A stretch of 45,052 nt of DNA from an uncultured bacterium (GTDB lineage Bacteria > Abyssobacteria > SURF-5): contig CAZSKP010000019.1 of NCBI GenBank assembly GCA_964607485.1, forward strand, positions 37,609 to 82,660. The letters are read 5' to 3'. Under the pieces are notes generated by a model that did no database searches, was not told the origin of the DNA, and was given only the letters and a program-made list of their open reading frames with translations. Made by a program: the position numbers and the translations under genes. Shown here piece after piece: positions 27,438-36,761 of the stretch. Numbering within the stretch: the stretch's first letter is position 1; every line of letters begins with the position of its first letter.

Positions 27438-28472
27438 TCATTCCCTTCTCACGCTTTTCACGGCCCGCATCAGGGCCTCCATGTTCTCACGGGGCGCCGT
27501 GGGCCATATATCGCACCCAGGCCACACCGCGTCCACCCCACTTCGAACGCATTCGCCAACCGTCCGCTCCACGTCGTCGGGCGTCCCCTTGACGAGAATG
27601 TTGAACGGGTCGAAGTTGCCCAACAGAATCGGCTCCGGCCCGATGGTCCTCCGCGTCTCGCTCAGGTCGTTCTTCTGGTCAACGCTCAGCGCGCTTGCGC
27701 CGCAGCGGTTCATGGAATCGATGATGTTGTTCGATTTTCCGCATATATGAAGCACCATTGGCCCCCGAGCCTTCTCGAATATGGTCTTCAAATGCGGCTC
27801 AACGAGTTTCCTGAACAACGCCGGCCTGAGGACGTCCGACGTGGCGCCCATCTCGCGGACGGTTATGTAGTCGGCGCCCGACGCAAAGTAAATTTCGGCA
27901 AGCTGGACCACAAGGCCCGCGTAAACCTCGAGTATTTGGTACACGTGCTCCGGGTTCTTCACGCACAGCTTCAACAGGTCGTCCAGCTCCATCGTCTGTC
28001 CGGCGATGGTAAACGGCCCCATGATGTACGTCCCGATCGCCACGCTGCCGCCGATGTCTTCCTTCAGTAATCTCAGGGCTTCGGTGACGATGGGCACTCG
28101 TCCGGCGCGTGAGAGATCTTCCGGCATTCCTATATCGTCCGTGCCGGCGACCACTTTTTCCTTCACGGTCGGATACAGTATCTCCTGAGGGTGAACGTTG
28201 GTGTAGAAATTGATGGGACATCCCACGACCTCGGCCTCGATGGCGACGTCGAACGGAACAACCGCGCACTCGAACCCGAACAGCTTGTACGTCGTCGCCG
28301 AGAGCGCCGCCATCATCGACGCGTCGGAGTGCGACAATGCGAACTTGATGCCCGTCTGCTTCATGCCTTCGGTGGTGACGTTGCCCATGCCGCTGAAACA
28401 CAGGACCTCTCCGTTCCTTTCGCCCTTCAGCAGAGCAAGGACTTTCTCACGAGCGGTTGTGTTCGAACTCAA
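27438..28472 (-). CDS. MtaA/CmuA-family corrinoid methyltransferase (UroD superfamily)
   Basis: VPFDVAIEAEVVGC, GPFT, Zn ligands LHICG and PGCD, GNFDP. Confidence 0.85.
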   Translation of the reverse strand: MSSNTTAREKVLALLKGERNGEVLCFSGMGNVTTEGMKQTGIKFALSHSDASMMAALSATTYKLFGFECAVVPFDVAIEAEVVGCPINFYTNVHPQEILYPTVKEKVVAGTDDIGMPEDLSRAGRVPIVTEALRLLKEDIGGSVAIGTYIMGPFTIAGQTMELDDLLKLCVKNPEHVYQILEVYAGLVVQLAEIYFASGADYITVREMGATSDVLRPALFRKLVEPHLKTIFEKARGPMVLHICGKSNNIIDSMNRCGASALSVDQKNDLSETRRTIGPEPILLGNFDPFNILVKGTPDDVERTVGECVRSGVDAVWPGCDIWPTAPRENMEALMRAVKSVRRE

Positions 28473-28498
28473 TTGTCATCTCCCATCGTGTTCATCGT

Positions 28499-29452
28499 TC
28501 AGTGAGCTTCCGATTCGAGTTGTTCGACAAATTCCGGGAAGAGCCTCCTGACCGGATGCAACCGCGTCGCGGGCAAGCGGCCGGATTCGGCAAAACCGAA
28601 CATCGCCTTCATGGAGTCCGCCGCGGCCGTGGCGGCAAACACACGCTCGGTCCCGCTCATCGGCCCGTAAAAAAGGAAGTCGTTCCACAAAAGGGCGGCG
28701 ATCCCGTGGGCGGCGCCGTCAGCCCCGGCGAAGCCCGCGTGCGAGCCGAGTTGCCGGAGCTCTTTCCACATGTAGGTCCCATTGGCCGGGGAGCATCCTA
28801 CGGGCAGCCCGAAGCGTTTCTTTATCTCAAGGCCGGCCTGTAGAGAGAAAGCCATCGCGGCCACGTTCATGACCGTCGTATCGACGAGGACGCTCTCGAA
28901 CCGGCCCCTCTCAATTACCGGCAACAGCTTTTCAAGTGACTTCATCCTGCCCGTAGGCAATTTGTCCTCGTCATCGAAGACCGCGAGGACAATATGACGG
29001 ACTCCGATGCTCGCTATCTCCTCCACCTCAGCGGCCACGTCCGGGTTCCACGGGTTAAGACTGTTGTATACCAATCTCTCCAACAAGCCCTTGCTTGCCG
29101 CACGCCGGGCGGCCTCGATCCTGACATTGGGCCGCCACGCATCTATGCATATGGGCACATCCGTCTCAGCCGAAACGAAATCGATGTAACTCGAAAACTC
29201 ATCGGCCGTGTTCGCCACTATATCGATCATCGCCGGAACGCCGGTCTGCTCTGAAATTTCCTCGAGCCGCCTCAGTTGCTTGCGGGCGGCCTCTTTGTTG
29301 AATGTTCCTCCCTTGCGGCTCGCGATGAGCTTGTCGCCCTTGTGGAACATCGATCCGATGAGCGCCGTCGGATTCTCGCCCGGCTGTCCGCCCACCTTGA
29401 CGCCACCGATGTCGCAGACGACCTGTTCTTTTCCAAACCGAAAATTCTTCAT
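28499..29452 (-). CDS. MtrH-family methylcobalamin:pterin (probably tetrahydrofolate) methyltransferase
   Basis: FRFGKEQVVCDIGGVKVGGQPGENPTALIGSMFH, YNSLN, GLPVGC, DFLFYGP are MtrH-family signatures; no other mtr subunits are present. Confidence 0.85.
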   Translation of the reverse strand: MKNFRFGKEQVVCDIGGVKVGGQPGENPTALIGSMFHKGDKLIASRKGGTFNKEAARKQLRRLEEISEQTGVPAMIDIVANTADEFSSYIDFVSAETDVPICIDAWRPNVRIEAARRAASKGLLERLVYNSLNPWNPDVAAEVEEIASIGVRHIVLAVFDDEDKLPTGRMKSLEKLLPVIERGRFESVLVDTTVMNVAAMAFSLQAGLEIKKRFGLPVGCSPANGTYMWKELRQLGSHAGFAGADGAAHGIAALLWNDFLFYGPMSGTERVFAATAAADSMKAMFGFAESGRLPATRLHPVRRLFPEFVEQLESEAH

Positions 29453-29493
29453 GCGCCACTCGCAGTTGATATGGTTGCTCTTAGCGTGCCGTT

Positions 29494-31410
29494 TTAACGC
29501 TGCGGCAATAGCTCTTCGATGCTCGGGAACCGGTCGAACATATGCGGGAAGTGCATTGCCTCGACAAACTCGCGCTCGAATTCCTTTTCAAGCGTCAGCT
29601 CCACGTATTCGACGCGCCGGGCCTGCTTTTCCGCCTCGCGCCTCTTGTCCACGTCGAGGAGCGCCATGCGCGCGCCGTCGCCTGCGGCGTTGCCGACGGC
29701 AATTACGTTCTCGAGAGCGCAATCCGGGAACATGCCCATCAGCAATGCGCGCGTGCGGTCGATGTAGGTGCCGAACGCGCCCGCCAGCACAACGCGGTCC
29801 ACTTTCTCTATTCCAAGCCGTCTCATCAATATCTTCGACCCCGCATAGATGGCGCCCTTGGCGAGCTGGACCGCGCGGACATCGCCCGCCGTTATCGTGA
29901 TGTTTTTCGCTATAGCCGTCTCTTCCTTCGGCACGAGAACAAACTCGCGCTTCTTGCCGTCTTGAACAAGCCTGGAGGTGTTGAGCGATTTGGCGAGCCT
30001 GCCGCTTTTCTCGATTACGCCGGCGCGAAACATCTCAGCTATCGCATCGATGATGCCTGAGCCGCAGATGCCGCGGGCAAGCTGGTTTCCTTCGCCGGTA
30101 ATCATGCGGCACTCCACGCCGAAGGTTCCAGGAGCGATGCTCACCCGCTCTATTGCGCCGGGTGCGGCTCGCATTCCGAACTTTATGTGCGCGCCCTCGA
30201 AGGCTGGGCCGGTGGCGCAAGAGGCCGCCAGCAGTTTTTCCCGGTTGCCGACGAGAATCTCTCCGTTCGTGCCGATGTCGATGATGAGCTGCATCTCATC
30301 TTTTTCGTAAGGGGCTTCGGCTATCAGGACTCCCACGTTGTCGGCGCCTACGAATCCGGCCTCTATGGGCAACAGATGCACGTTCGCGGATTCGTTCGCC
30401 TCTATTCCAAGTTCCGACGCCTTCACGTCGATTGACCTCTGGACTGCCGGAACAAAAGGGGAAACGCCGACGCTCACGGGCGATATGTCGAGGAATATGT
30501 GGTGCATCACGGTATTGCCGACAACGCAAAGCTCCAGGATGTCGTCGGGCTCGATACCGGCCTTCGAGCATGCATTGCCGACTATCTCGTTTACCGCGCT
30601 TATCACCTCCCGGTTGAGTTCGGCAAGCCCGTCCTCATTCGTCATTATGTAGGTGACGCGTGACATGACATCCTCGCCGTATGTCACCTGCGGGTTCATG
30701 AGCGAGTGCACGGCGGCGACCTCACCCGTCGCAAGGTCGCACAGGTATCCCGCGACGGTTGTCGTTCCGATGTCCACGGCCAGCCCGAAGCATTTCATCG
30801 AAGTGCCAGGCACGATTCTTACTATCTCTCTGTTCATCCACACGGCGACCGTGACTTCCCAACTTCCTTCGCGAACCGCCTGAGGCAGGCGCGCGAGAAC
30901 CGACCTGCTTGCGGTCAGTCCTTCCAGCCGATGTTGCGAGTGCAAACCGCTCAGCAGCCGCTCGTAGTCGCCCACCGGGTCGGTAAGTGTGGGCTTTTCG
31001 AGTTTGACAGAATACGTCTTCACGCCGGGATTAAGATGTATCTCCCTGAGCGTGACGTCCTTGCGCACAACCTGTTTGCCACCCCGGCTCTCCTCGGGCA
31101 CATTCAGCAAGACGTCTCCCAGAATCTGGGCGGAACAGGCGAGCCGACAGCCCTTTGAAATCTCTTCGTCGGTGAGAAGCTTTGTCTCTTCCTCGGTAAC
31201 GGGCGAGAGATGCTGCGCGCGCGACTGTATCCCGTGCCGCTCGAAGAAGCCCTCCTGAACGCGCACCTTGCATTTGCCGCAGGTTTTCTTGCCTCCGCAG
31301 ACCGACTCGACGTCAACGCCCAGCTCACGCGACACTTCGAGAAGGTTCTTGCCGCTCTCGACGCGTCCGCGACGGCCGGAAGGCTGAAATATCACGAGAT
31401 GCCGTTTCAA
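29494..31410 (-). CDS. ATP-dependent reductive activator of corrinoid proteins (RACo-like, ASKHA/DUF4445) with N-terminal 2Fe-2S domain
   Basis: CGGKKTCGKC..RLAC, DIGTTT, YGEDVMSR, DIGTNGE, CATGPAFEG, GICGSG, LAGAFG, GNAAGDGA. Confidence 0.92.
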   Translation of the reverse strand: MKRHLVIFQPSGRRGRVESGKNLLEVSRELGVDVESVCGGKKTCGKCKVRVQEGFFERHGIQSRAQHLSPVTEEETKLLTDEEISKGCRLACSAQILGDVLLNVPEESRGGKQVVRKDVTLREIHLNPGVKTYSVKLEKPTLTDPVGDYERLLSGLHSQHRLEGLTASRSVLARLPQAVREGSWEVTVAVWMNREIVRIVPGTSMKCFGLAVDIGTTTVAGYLCDLATGEVAAVHSLMNPQVTYGEDVMSRVTYIMTNEDGLAELNREVISAVNEIVGNACSKAGIEPDDILELCVVGNTVMHHIFLDISPVSVGVSPFVPAVQRSIDVKASELGIEANESANVHLLPIEAGFVGADNVGVLIAEAPYEKDEMQLIIDIGTNGEILVGNREKLLAASCATGPAFEGAHIKFGMRAAPGAIERVSIAPGTFGVECRMITGEGNQLARGICGSGIIDAIAEMFRAGVIEKSGRLAKSLNTSRLVQDGKKREFVLVPKEETAIAKNITITAGDVRAVQLAKGAIYAGSKILMRRLGIEKVDRVVLAGAFGTYIDRTRALLMGMFPDCALENVIAVGNAAGDGARMALLDVDKRREAEKQARRVEYVELTLEKEFEREFVEAMHFPHMFDRFPSIEELLPQR

Positions 31411-31429
31411 GAAGGATCTCCTGTCGGCC

Positions 31430-32509
31430 TTAGGCCGCCCTGTATTCCTTTACCGCGTTGATCATCGCCTCGATGTTTTCCATGGGGGTGCCGACGGGAA
31501 GGTCGCAGCCGCTCAGCAAGCCGAAGTTGGGCACACCTTCCATCGCCCTCAACATTTCGACGACGGCCGCCCGCACCTCATGGGGCTTCTTCATCATCAA
31601 TACTTCCACCGGAGCGAGGTTTCCAAGAATGATTATGTCGGGGGGTACGCGGCCTTTCAGTTTCGTGATATCGGTCGGGGAATCGACACTGATGCCCGTC
31701 ACGCCCGTTCTGCACATGAGCTCTATCAAGTGGTTCGCGCGCCCGCAGATGTGCAGCGTTGCCGGGACCGACAGGCCCTTAACCAGACGCTGCAGATAAG
31801 GGAGCGCGAATGTCCCGAACGACTTGGCCGAGAGCAGGCTGCACGTCGGTTCGGCAATTCCGATGACGTCCGCGCCGGCTCTTATCAATTCATCGTTGTA
31901 ACGCTGCGCCACCTGAAGCGCGTATTCCATAAGTTCATGCACAAGCGCCGGTTCTTTTATGACCTTTCGATTTATGATGTCCACGCCCATGAGTTCAGCG
32001 GCAAGCGTGAAGGGACCGGCGCTGGCGGCCGTCTTCGGAAGCGTGAACCGCTTCGAGAACAGGCGCGTCGCCTCGATAAAGACGCGGAGACGCCCGTCCT
32101 TCTGCGGGTCGGGAATGCGCAGGTTCTTCATGTCCTCGTGCGATTGCACAGGGTGTACGGTGACCGAGGGAAGCGCGTTGTCCGGCATTTTTATCTCGCA
32201 GCCGCAAGCCTCGGCCTCGGCGGTCAGGTCGGGGAACGTGCACATGACGAAGTCGGGCTTGAAAGCGGTGACGTATTCCTCCGTCGTCTTGAACATTGTG
32301 TAACCATCGGTCAGGTTCTGTTTAACGGTCGTTCCGGTGAGCGTCGATAAATAGGCGCCCATTATCGGCGCGCCTATCCGCCTGCCCGAGCTCACCGCCA
32401 TCTGAGCGAAGCTCTTGCCTCCCAGGGCGCTTTGGAGGAGCAGTCCGACCGGCCTCAACGCCCGCTTCCTTCCCACCCAGTTAATCACATCGATTGTGCT
32501 CGTGGACAT
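31430..32509 (-). CDS. Second UroD/MtaA-family corrinoid methyltransferase
   Basis: DLTAEAEACGC, GPFTLA, LHICG, GNLAP, SGCDLP. Confidence 0.83.
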   Translation of the reverse strand: MSTSTIDVINWVGRKRALRPVGLLLQSALGGKSFAQMAVSSGRRIGAPIMGAYLSTLTGTTVKQNLTDGYTMFKTTEEYVTAFKPDFVMCTFPDLTAEAEACGCEIKMPDNALPSVTVHPVQSHEDMKNLRIPDPQKDGRLRVFIEATRLFSKRFTLPKTAASAGPFTLAAELMGVDIINRKVIKEPALVHELMEYALQVAQRYNDELIRAGADVIGIAEPTCSLLSAKSFGTFALPYLQRLVKGLSVPATLHICGRANHLIELMCRTGVTGISVDSPTDITKLKGRVPPDIIILGNLAPVEVLMMKKPHEVRAAVVEMLRAMEGVPNFGLLSGCDLPVGTPMENIEAMINAVKEYRAA

Positions 32510-32645
32510 TATCGTGGCTCCTGTACAGGTTGCTCTCCTTCACGTCACCGACACGAGGGCCGCAACGAAAAACGCTTCCTCCGGCTGACAAATGAGGTGG
32601 TCGAAACCCGCCGGCCTGCTGGAAGGAAGCGTTGCTGGGCTGCAC

Positions 32646-32677
32646 ATTATAGTATCAGAACTCGCGTGTAGATTCAA
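32646..32677 (-). promoter_or_regulatory. sigma70-type promoter of the corrinoid operon
   Basis: Minus strand TTGAAT-17 nt-TACTAT, overlapping a TATAAT. Confidence 0.55.
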
Positions 32678-32795
32678 TTCGGCGCCAGGGACGCATCCTA
32701 GCATTCCCGGAGACGAGTGCGCATGGCGACCGAGTTGACTTTGCTTTTGGTTTAGTGATAATTTAATCACTGCTGAGTCACACACTCGTTTCATC

Positions 32796-34040
32796 ATGTC
32801 ACAAGAGGACATTTCAAACATGGATTTTCCAAAGTTGAGAAATTTGGATGCTTTCCCCGTGGCCGTGTCGGGACAGAAAATGATAGGGCTGCGCGACCCG
32901 ATGAACCTCTCAAGCGAGATCATGGCCGTCCCCCAGCAACTGTACCCGATGCTTTGCCTTTTCGACGGGCAACACTCGATAGTAGATATTCAGGCGTTGT
33001 ACATGCGTAAGTTCGGAGAACTGATCTACAGGGAGACGATCGAGGAGCTCTTGAGCAAGTTGGATGAGAGCCTTTTCCTCGATAATGAGAACTACCGGCG
33101 CAGACGCATGGAGATCGAAGACGAATTCAAGAAAGCGAGCGTCCGGCCAGCCGTACTGGCCGGCAAGAGCTACGACGGCTCACCCGATGAGCTCGCTCGG
33201 CAGATAGAGGGATTCTTCACCCATTCGGAGGGGCCAGGGGCGCCGGAGAAGAGAAGCGCGAGCAACAATCTTAAAGGCATAATCGCTCCCCACATAGATT
33301 TTGTCCGGGGAGGCCCGTGCTTCGCCTGGGCTTACAAGGAACTGGCGGAACACACAGACGCCGACGTGTTCCTCATTTTCGGCACGGCGCACGCCTTCAC
33401 AAACGAAACCTTTGTTTTGACCGACAAGGATTTCGAGACTCCTTTCGGAACGCTGCCCTGCAATCGTGATATCGTGAGCGAGATCGAGAGCCGAGTGAGT
33501 CACGACCTTTTTCAGGACGAATTCGCCCACCGAAGCGAGCACTCTATCGAATTTCAGACGATTTTCCTCGGCCACCTGTTTCAGGAACGGAAAGATATCT
33601 CCATCGTCCCGATACTCTGCGGATCGTTTCATCAGATGGTAGCCTCTCGCACCCAGCCGATTGACGACGAGCGCGTGAGTGAGCTTGTCGCCGCGGTCAA
33701 CGACGCCGTCGCCGGCCATCGGGATAGAATCTGCTGCATCGCCGGCGCCGACCTTGCGCACGTGGGACCGAGGTTCGGGGACAGGCATCCGATAAGCGAC
33801 GGCTTCCTTCAGCTTCTGAGAGCGGACGATTTGCGAATGCTCGAGCGGCTGGAGCGGGTGGATGCCGGGGGATTCTTTGCCACCATCGAGGCCGACGGCG
33901 ACCGCCGCAAGATATGCGGGCTGCCTCCGATCTATACGATGCTGAACGTGATGGGAGCAAGCTCGGGAAAACTGCTGAAATATGAGCAATGGCCCGACCC
34001 GAACGGAACGGTCACCTTCGCAAGCATGGCCTTTTATTGA
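32796..34040 (+). CDS. amrB: MEMO1-family protein (AmmeMemoRadiSam system protein B) with N-terminal extension
   Basis: AGKSY, IIAPHID, GTAH, FETPFG, EHSIEFQ, ADLAHVG, ICG motifs. Confidence 0.85.
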   Translation: MSQEDISNMDFPKLRNLDAFPVAVSGQKMIGLRDPMNLSSEIMAVPQQLYPMLCLFDGQHSIVDIQALYMRKFGELIYRETIEELLSKLDESLFLDNENYRRRRMEIEDEFKKASVRPAVLAGKSYDGSPDELARQIEGFFTHSEGPGAPEKRSASNNLKGIIAPHIDFVRGGPCFAWAYKELAEHTDADVFLIFGTAHAFTNETFVLTDKDFETPFGTLPCNRDIVSEIESRVSHDLFQDEFAHRSEHSIEFQTIFLGHLFQERKDISIVPILCGSFHQMVASRTQPIDDERVSELVAAVNDAVAGHRDRICCIAGADLAHVGPRFGDRHPISDGFLQLLRADDLRMLERLERVDAGGFFATIEADGDRRKICGLPPIYTMLNVMGASSGKLLKYEQWPDPNGTVTFASMAFY

Positions 34041-34058
34041 GCCCCGCCGAGCAATAGC

Positions 34059-35807
34059 TCAGAGGCAGTTATCACAGAAACGACAGCCCGGTTGCGGCAT
34101 GGTGTCCGACAGGGCGTTGAGAAGATATTCACGCAGGCAGGAACGAAGGGTCCCGTATTCCACCATCATTTCCAGCCGCCTCATCTTAAAAGCCCGCCGC
34201 TCGGAAACGCTCTCGTCTATCCTCCGCCTCATCGAGTCTGAAATCGACTTGGCGCGAATCTCGTAGCAGATGCCCCGTTCGGTGGGCCGGTATGCGATGA
34301 TGCCGCTGTTGTTCATCCGAAGCAGCGTCTGCTCCAACGCGAAGATATCGACTTCGGGAAAGCATCTCAGCCGAAAGTCATTAAGGTCCACATCCTCGGC
34401 GAAACCTTTTCTGGACAGGCCCAGCCAACCGTCGAGCGCGCTCATGACTCTTCTCTCTTCGGGAGAACAGAGGTCCAGCGCCCTCTCGAATCCGCGCGAG
34501 AGATAGACCGAGGCGTTTGCGCACGTGGCAGTGCGCCGGTTCAGGACGCCGGCTTTCTCCATCTCGAACAACTCTACGTTGCGGCTGTCGTAGAGCTGTC
34601 GGTTCAACAGCACCTCTCCCGAACGTCTCGAACCCTGCACGATGCTCTCGAAGCATTCCTCGACCACGTCGGCGGCCGGAGTCGAGTTGAAAATGAATCG
34701 TTCCTGCACCTTTCGGTCGAATCGCGAAAAGAGGAGTATGCAGTCGCACCTGCGGCCGTCGCGCCCGCCGCGTCCTATCTCCTGATAATAGGCGTCAACG
34801 CTTGCCGGATGAGCGTAGTGGATGATGAAGCGAACGTCGGGCTTGTCGAGTCCCATGCCGAACGCGTTCGTGGCTGCGACGATCTCGACCTCATCCGCCA
34901 GGAATCGTTCATGCACGTCGGCCCTGGCCTCGGCCGAGCGACCTGCATGGTAGTAGTCGCTGCGGCGGCCCAGTTCCTGCAGGAATCTGTTCACATCCTC
35001 GCACTGCCTTCGGGTGGCCGTGTATATGATGCCCGGCCCCGGCCTGCGCACGAGTTCCACGAGCGTCTGCAGCTTGTCGGCTTTCGTGCGCGCCTGGCGG
35101 CATCCGAGATAGAGGTTGGGCCTGTCGAAATTGCCGGTGATTGTCCTGGCCGATTCGCGGCCCATCTGCAAGAGGATATCTTCGCGAACAATCGGCGTGG
35201 CGGTCGCGGTAAACATGACCAACTGCGAGTTCTTTGAGACCAGCTCGATGGCGTCGGGTATGTAGAGATAGTCGGTGCGAAAATCGTGGCCCCATTCGGT
35301 GATGCAGTGCGCCTCGTCCACAACCCAAAGAGGCTGTGGCAGGTTCCTGGCGAGAAGCGCGTTCAGAAAGAAGCCGTCGCGCAACCGCTCGGGCGAAACG
35401 TAAACCATCTTCAAGGAGCCGTCCCGGACTGAGTCGAGCACCCGCTTACTCTCAGACTGCGACAGCGAACTGTTCAGACACTCCACCGGCAGATGGTGCG
35501 CTCGGAGCGCATCTATCTGGTCTTTCATCAGCGCAATCAGCGGAGAGATGACAATGGTGAGACCATCCCGAAGGAGCGCCGGAATCTGAAAGCAGAGCGA
35601 TTTGCCGGAACCGGTCGGCAGGACGACCAGCACATCTTCGCCGTCGAGGATTGCTTCGATGACTTCCCTTTGAAACGGCAGGAAATCATGAAACCCGAAC
35701 AACTCCCGGAGGAGCTTCTCGGCTGCGGAAATCGGAGCCGACCGGCTGGCGGGACCTGCCCCGTCGGGCTTCATCGGTGTGGAGGGATACATAGGCGGTC
35801 TCGTCAT
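34059..35807 (-). CDS. RecQ-family ATP-dependent DNA helicase
   Basis: LPTGSGKS, VDEAHCITEWGHDFR, ATNAFGMGLDKPDVR, QEIGRGGRDG; C-terminal C..CRFCDNC; no HRDC domain evident. Confidence 0.92.
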   Translation of the reverse strand: MTRPPMYPSTPMKPDGAGPASRSAPISAAEKLLRELFGFHDFLPFQREVIEAILDGEDVLVVLPTGSGKSLCFQIPALLRDGLTIVISPLIALMKDQIDALRAHHLPVECLNSSLSQSESKRVLDSVRDGSLKMVYVSPERLRDGFFLNALLARNLPQPLWVVDEAHCITEWGHDFRTDYLYIPDAIELVSKNSQLVMFTATATPIVREDILLQMGRESARTITGNFDRPNLYLGCRQARTKADKLQTLVELVRRPGPGIIYTATRRQCEDVNRFLQELGRRSDYYHAGRSAEARADVHERFLADEVEIVAATNAFGMGLDKPDVRFIIHYAHPASVDAYYQEIGRGGRDGRRCDCILLFSRFDRKVQERFIFNSTPAADVVEECFESIVQGSRRSGEVLLNRQLYDSRNVELFEMEKAGVLNRRTATCANASVYLSRGFERALDLCSPEERRVMSALDGWLGLSRKGFAEDVDLNDFRLRCFPEVDIFALEQTLLRMNNSGIIAYRPTERGICYEIRAKSISDSMRRRIDESVSERRAFKMRRLEMMVEYGTLRSCLREYLLNALSDTMPQPGCRFCDNCL

Positions 35808-36139
35808 CGTCCCGCCCTTTCCCGAGGATCCGTAATCCGGCGCTTCAGCTTCTTGCCGGGCTTGAAGCGGACGGTGAATCTGTCACGAATCGGAACTCGT
35901 TTGCCCGAGGTCGGATGAAGGCCGTCCCACCCCTTGCGAAGCCTTACCTCAAACTTGCCGAAGTCTTCGAGCTTTACTTCCTCGCGCTCACTCAGGCGTC
36001 GAGAAATCGTTCCGAACGTGTGCATGATTATCATGTCTGCCCGGCGCTTAGAGACCTTTGCCTTGCGTGAGACTAGGTCCGAGAGGAGATGGCGAGTCAG
36101 TGTTTCGGCAGACTGCGGAGGGGGCGTTTCGGTCAGGAG
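35804..36139 (-). CDS. HU/IHF-like DNA-binding domain, probably the -1 frame of a frameshifted fusion gene
   Basis: LTRHLLSDLVSRKAKVSKRRADMIIMHTFGTISRRLSEREEVKLEDFGKFEVR..HPTSG..VRFKPGKKLK. The HU-like first helix lies upstream of the first ATG (36034); the frame is open to a TAA near 36180 with no earlier ATG/GTG/TTG. Confidence 0.75.
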   Translation of the reverse strand, partial: LLTETPPPQSAETLTRHLLSDLVSRKAKVSKRRADMIIMHTFGTISRRLSEREEVKLEDFGKFEVRLRKGWDGLHPTSGKRVPIRDRFTVRFKPGKKLKRRITDPRERAGR

Positions 36140-36357
36140 TTTTTTTTTGGGGTCGCTGTCTCCCTCAGAAATCTGCAGTTATGACAGCTCCAGCCGGTGT
36201 ATACCTCTTTGGCCCTGACTCGGCGCGGCAGATTGAACTTGCTCTCGTAATCCACACAGTCGGGAACACAGTATCTGCCTTGCTTGATGCGCGACAGCGA
36301 GCGAGGTGTGACCTCTATCCCTTCAGGGTCATTCGCAATACAATAATAGCACTTCAT
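36133..36357 (-). CDS. Small Cys-rich (putative Zn-binding) protein, 0-frame part of the putative fusion
   Basis: MKCYYC...CVPDC...CHNC; ends CCA AAA AAA AAC TCC TGA. Start chosen at ATG 36357 (the ORF track extends to 36510). Confidence 0.55.
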   Translation of the reverse strand: MKCYYCIANDPEGIEVTPRSLSRIKQGRYCVPDCVDYESKFNLPRRVRAKEVYTGWSCHNCRFLRETATPKKNS

Positions 36358-36702
36358 GGACAAGCCCCAATAGAACATGCAACGACACGATAATGCTATC
36401 ACAAGGGGATACATTTTTTCAAGAGCCCGCCTCTCCGTCGAGCAAGCTGCGCCCGCGGCTTCTATCGGGGGACGATAATGCATCGTCCCATGATAACGAG
36501 GCTCCTTCAATTGTTCCGGAATATGTCGACAAGAAAGGGGCCTTTCCGAACATGCGAATAATTACAGTATCGTAACTGAATGACTGAAAGGGGAACCAGC
36601 AGAGAAGCTCAATCGACGCGCCCCACAACGACAGCATTTTTTGTCAAGTCATAACAACAGCAGTCCCAACGTCTTGCTCCTAATCGTGTGCGATTTCTCG
36701 AA

Positions 36703-36719
36703 TTGGCATCCGCATTGCT
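36703..36719 (+). promoter_or_regulatory. sigma54 (-24/-12) promoter
   Basis: TTGGCATCCGCATTGCT is near-consensus with GG-N10-GC spacing, ~45 nt before the next gene. Confidence 0.65.
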
Positions 36720-36761
36720 TTACCTCAATCCGGCTGAACGAAGGAACCCTATGGCCGAACA

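Noticed and set aside
26752-32509. Methanogen Mtr complex or pyrrolysine-containing methylamine methyltransferase
   Set aside because: Only an MtrH homolog is present, without mtrA-G; there is no MttB/MtbB/MtmB gene or in-frame TAG; the context is bacterial.
32615-32635. GGAAGGAAGC resembling the SRP (4.5S) RNA core
   Set aside because: It lacks the CAGG..GGAA..AGCAG internal-loop context, and the bases are explained by the leader hairpin on the other strand.
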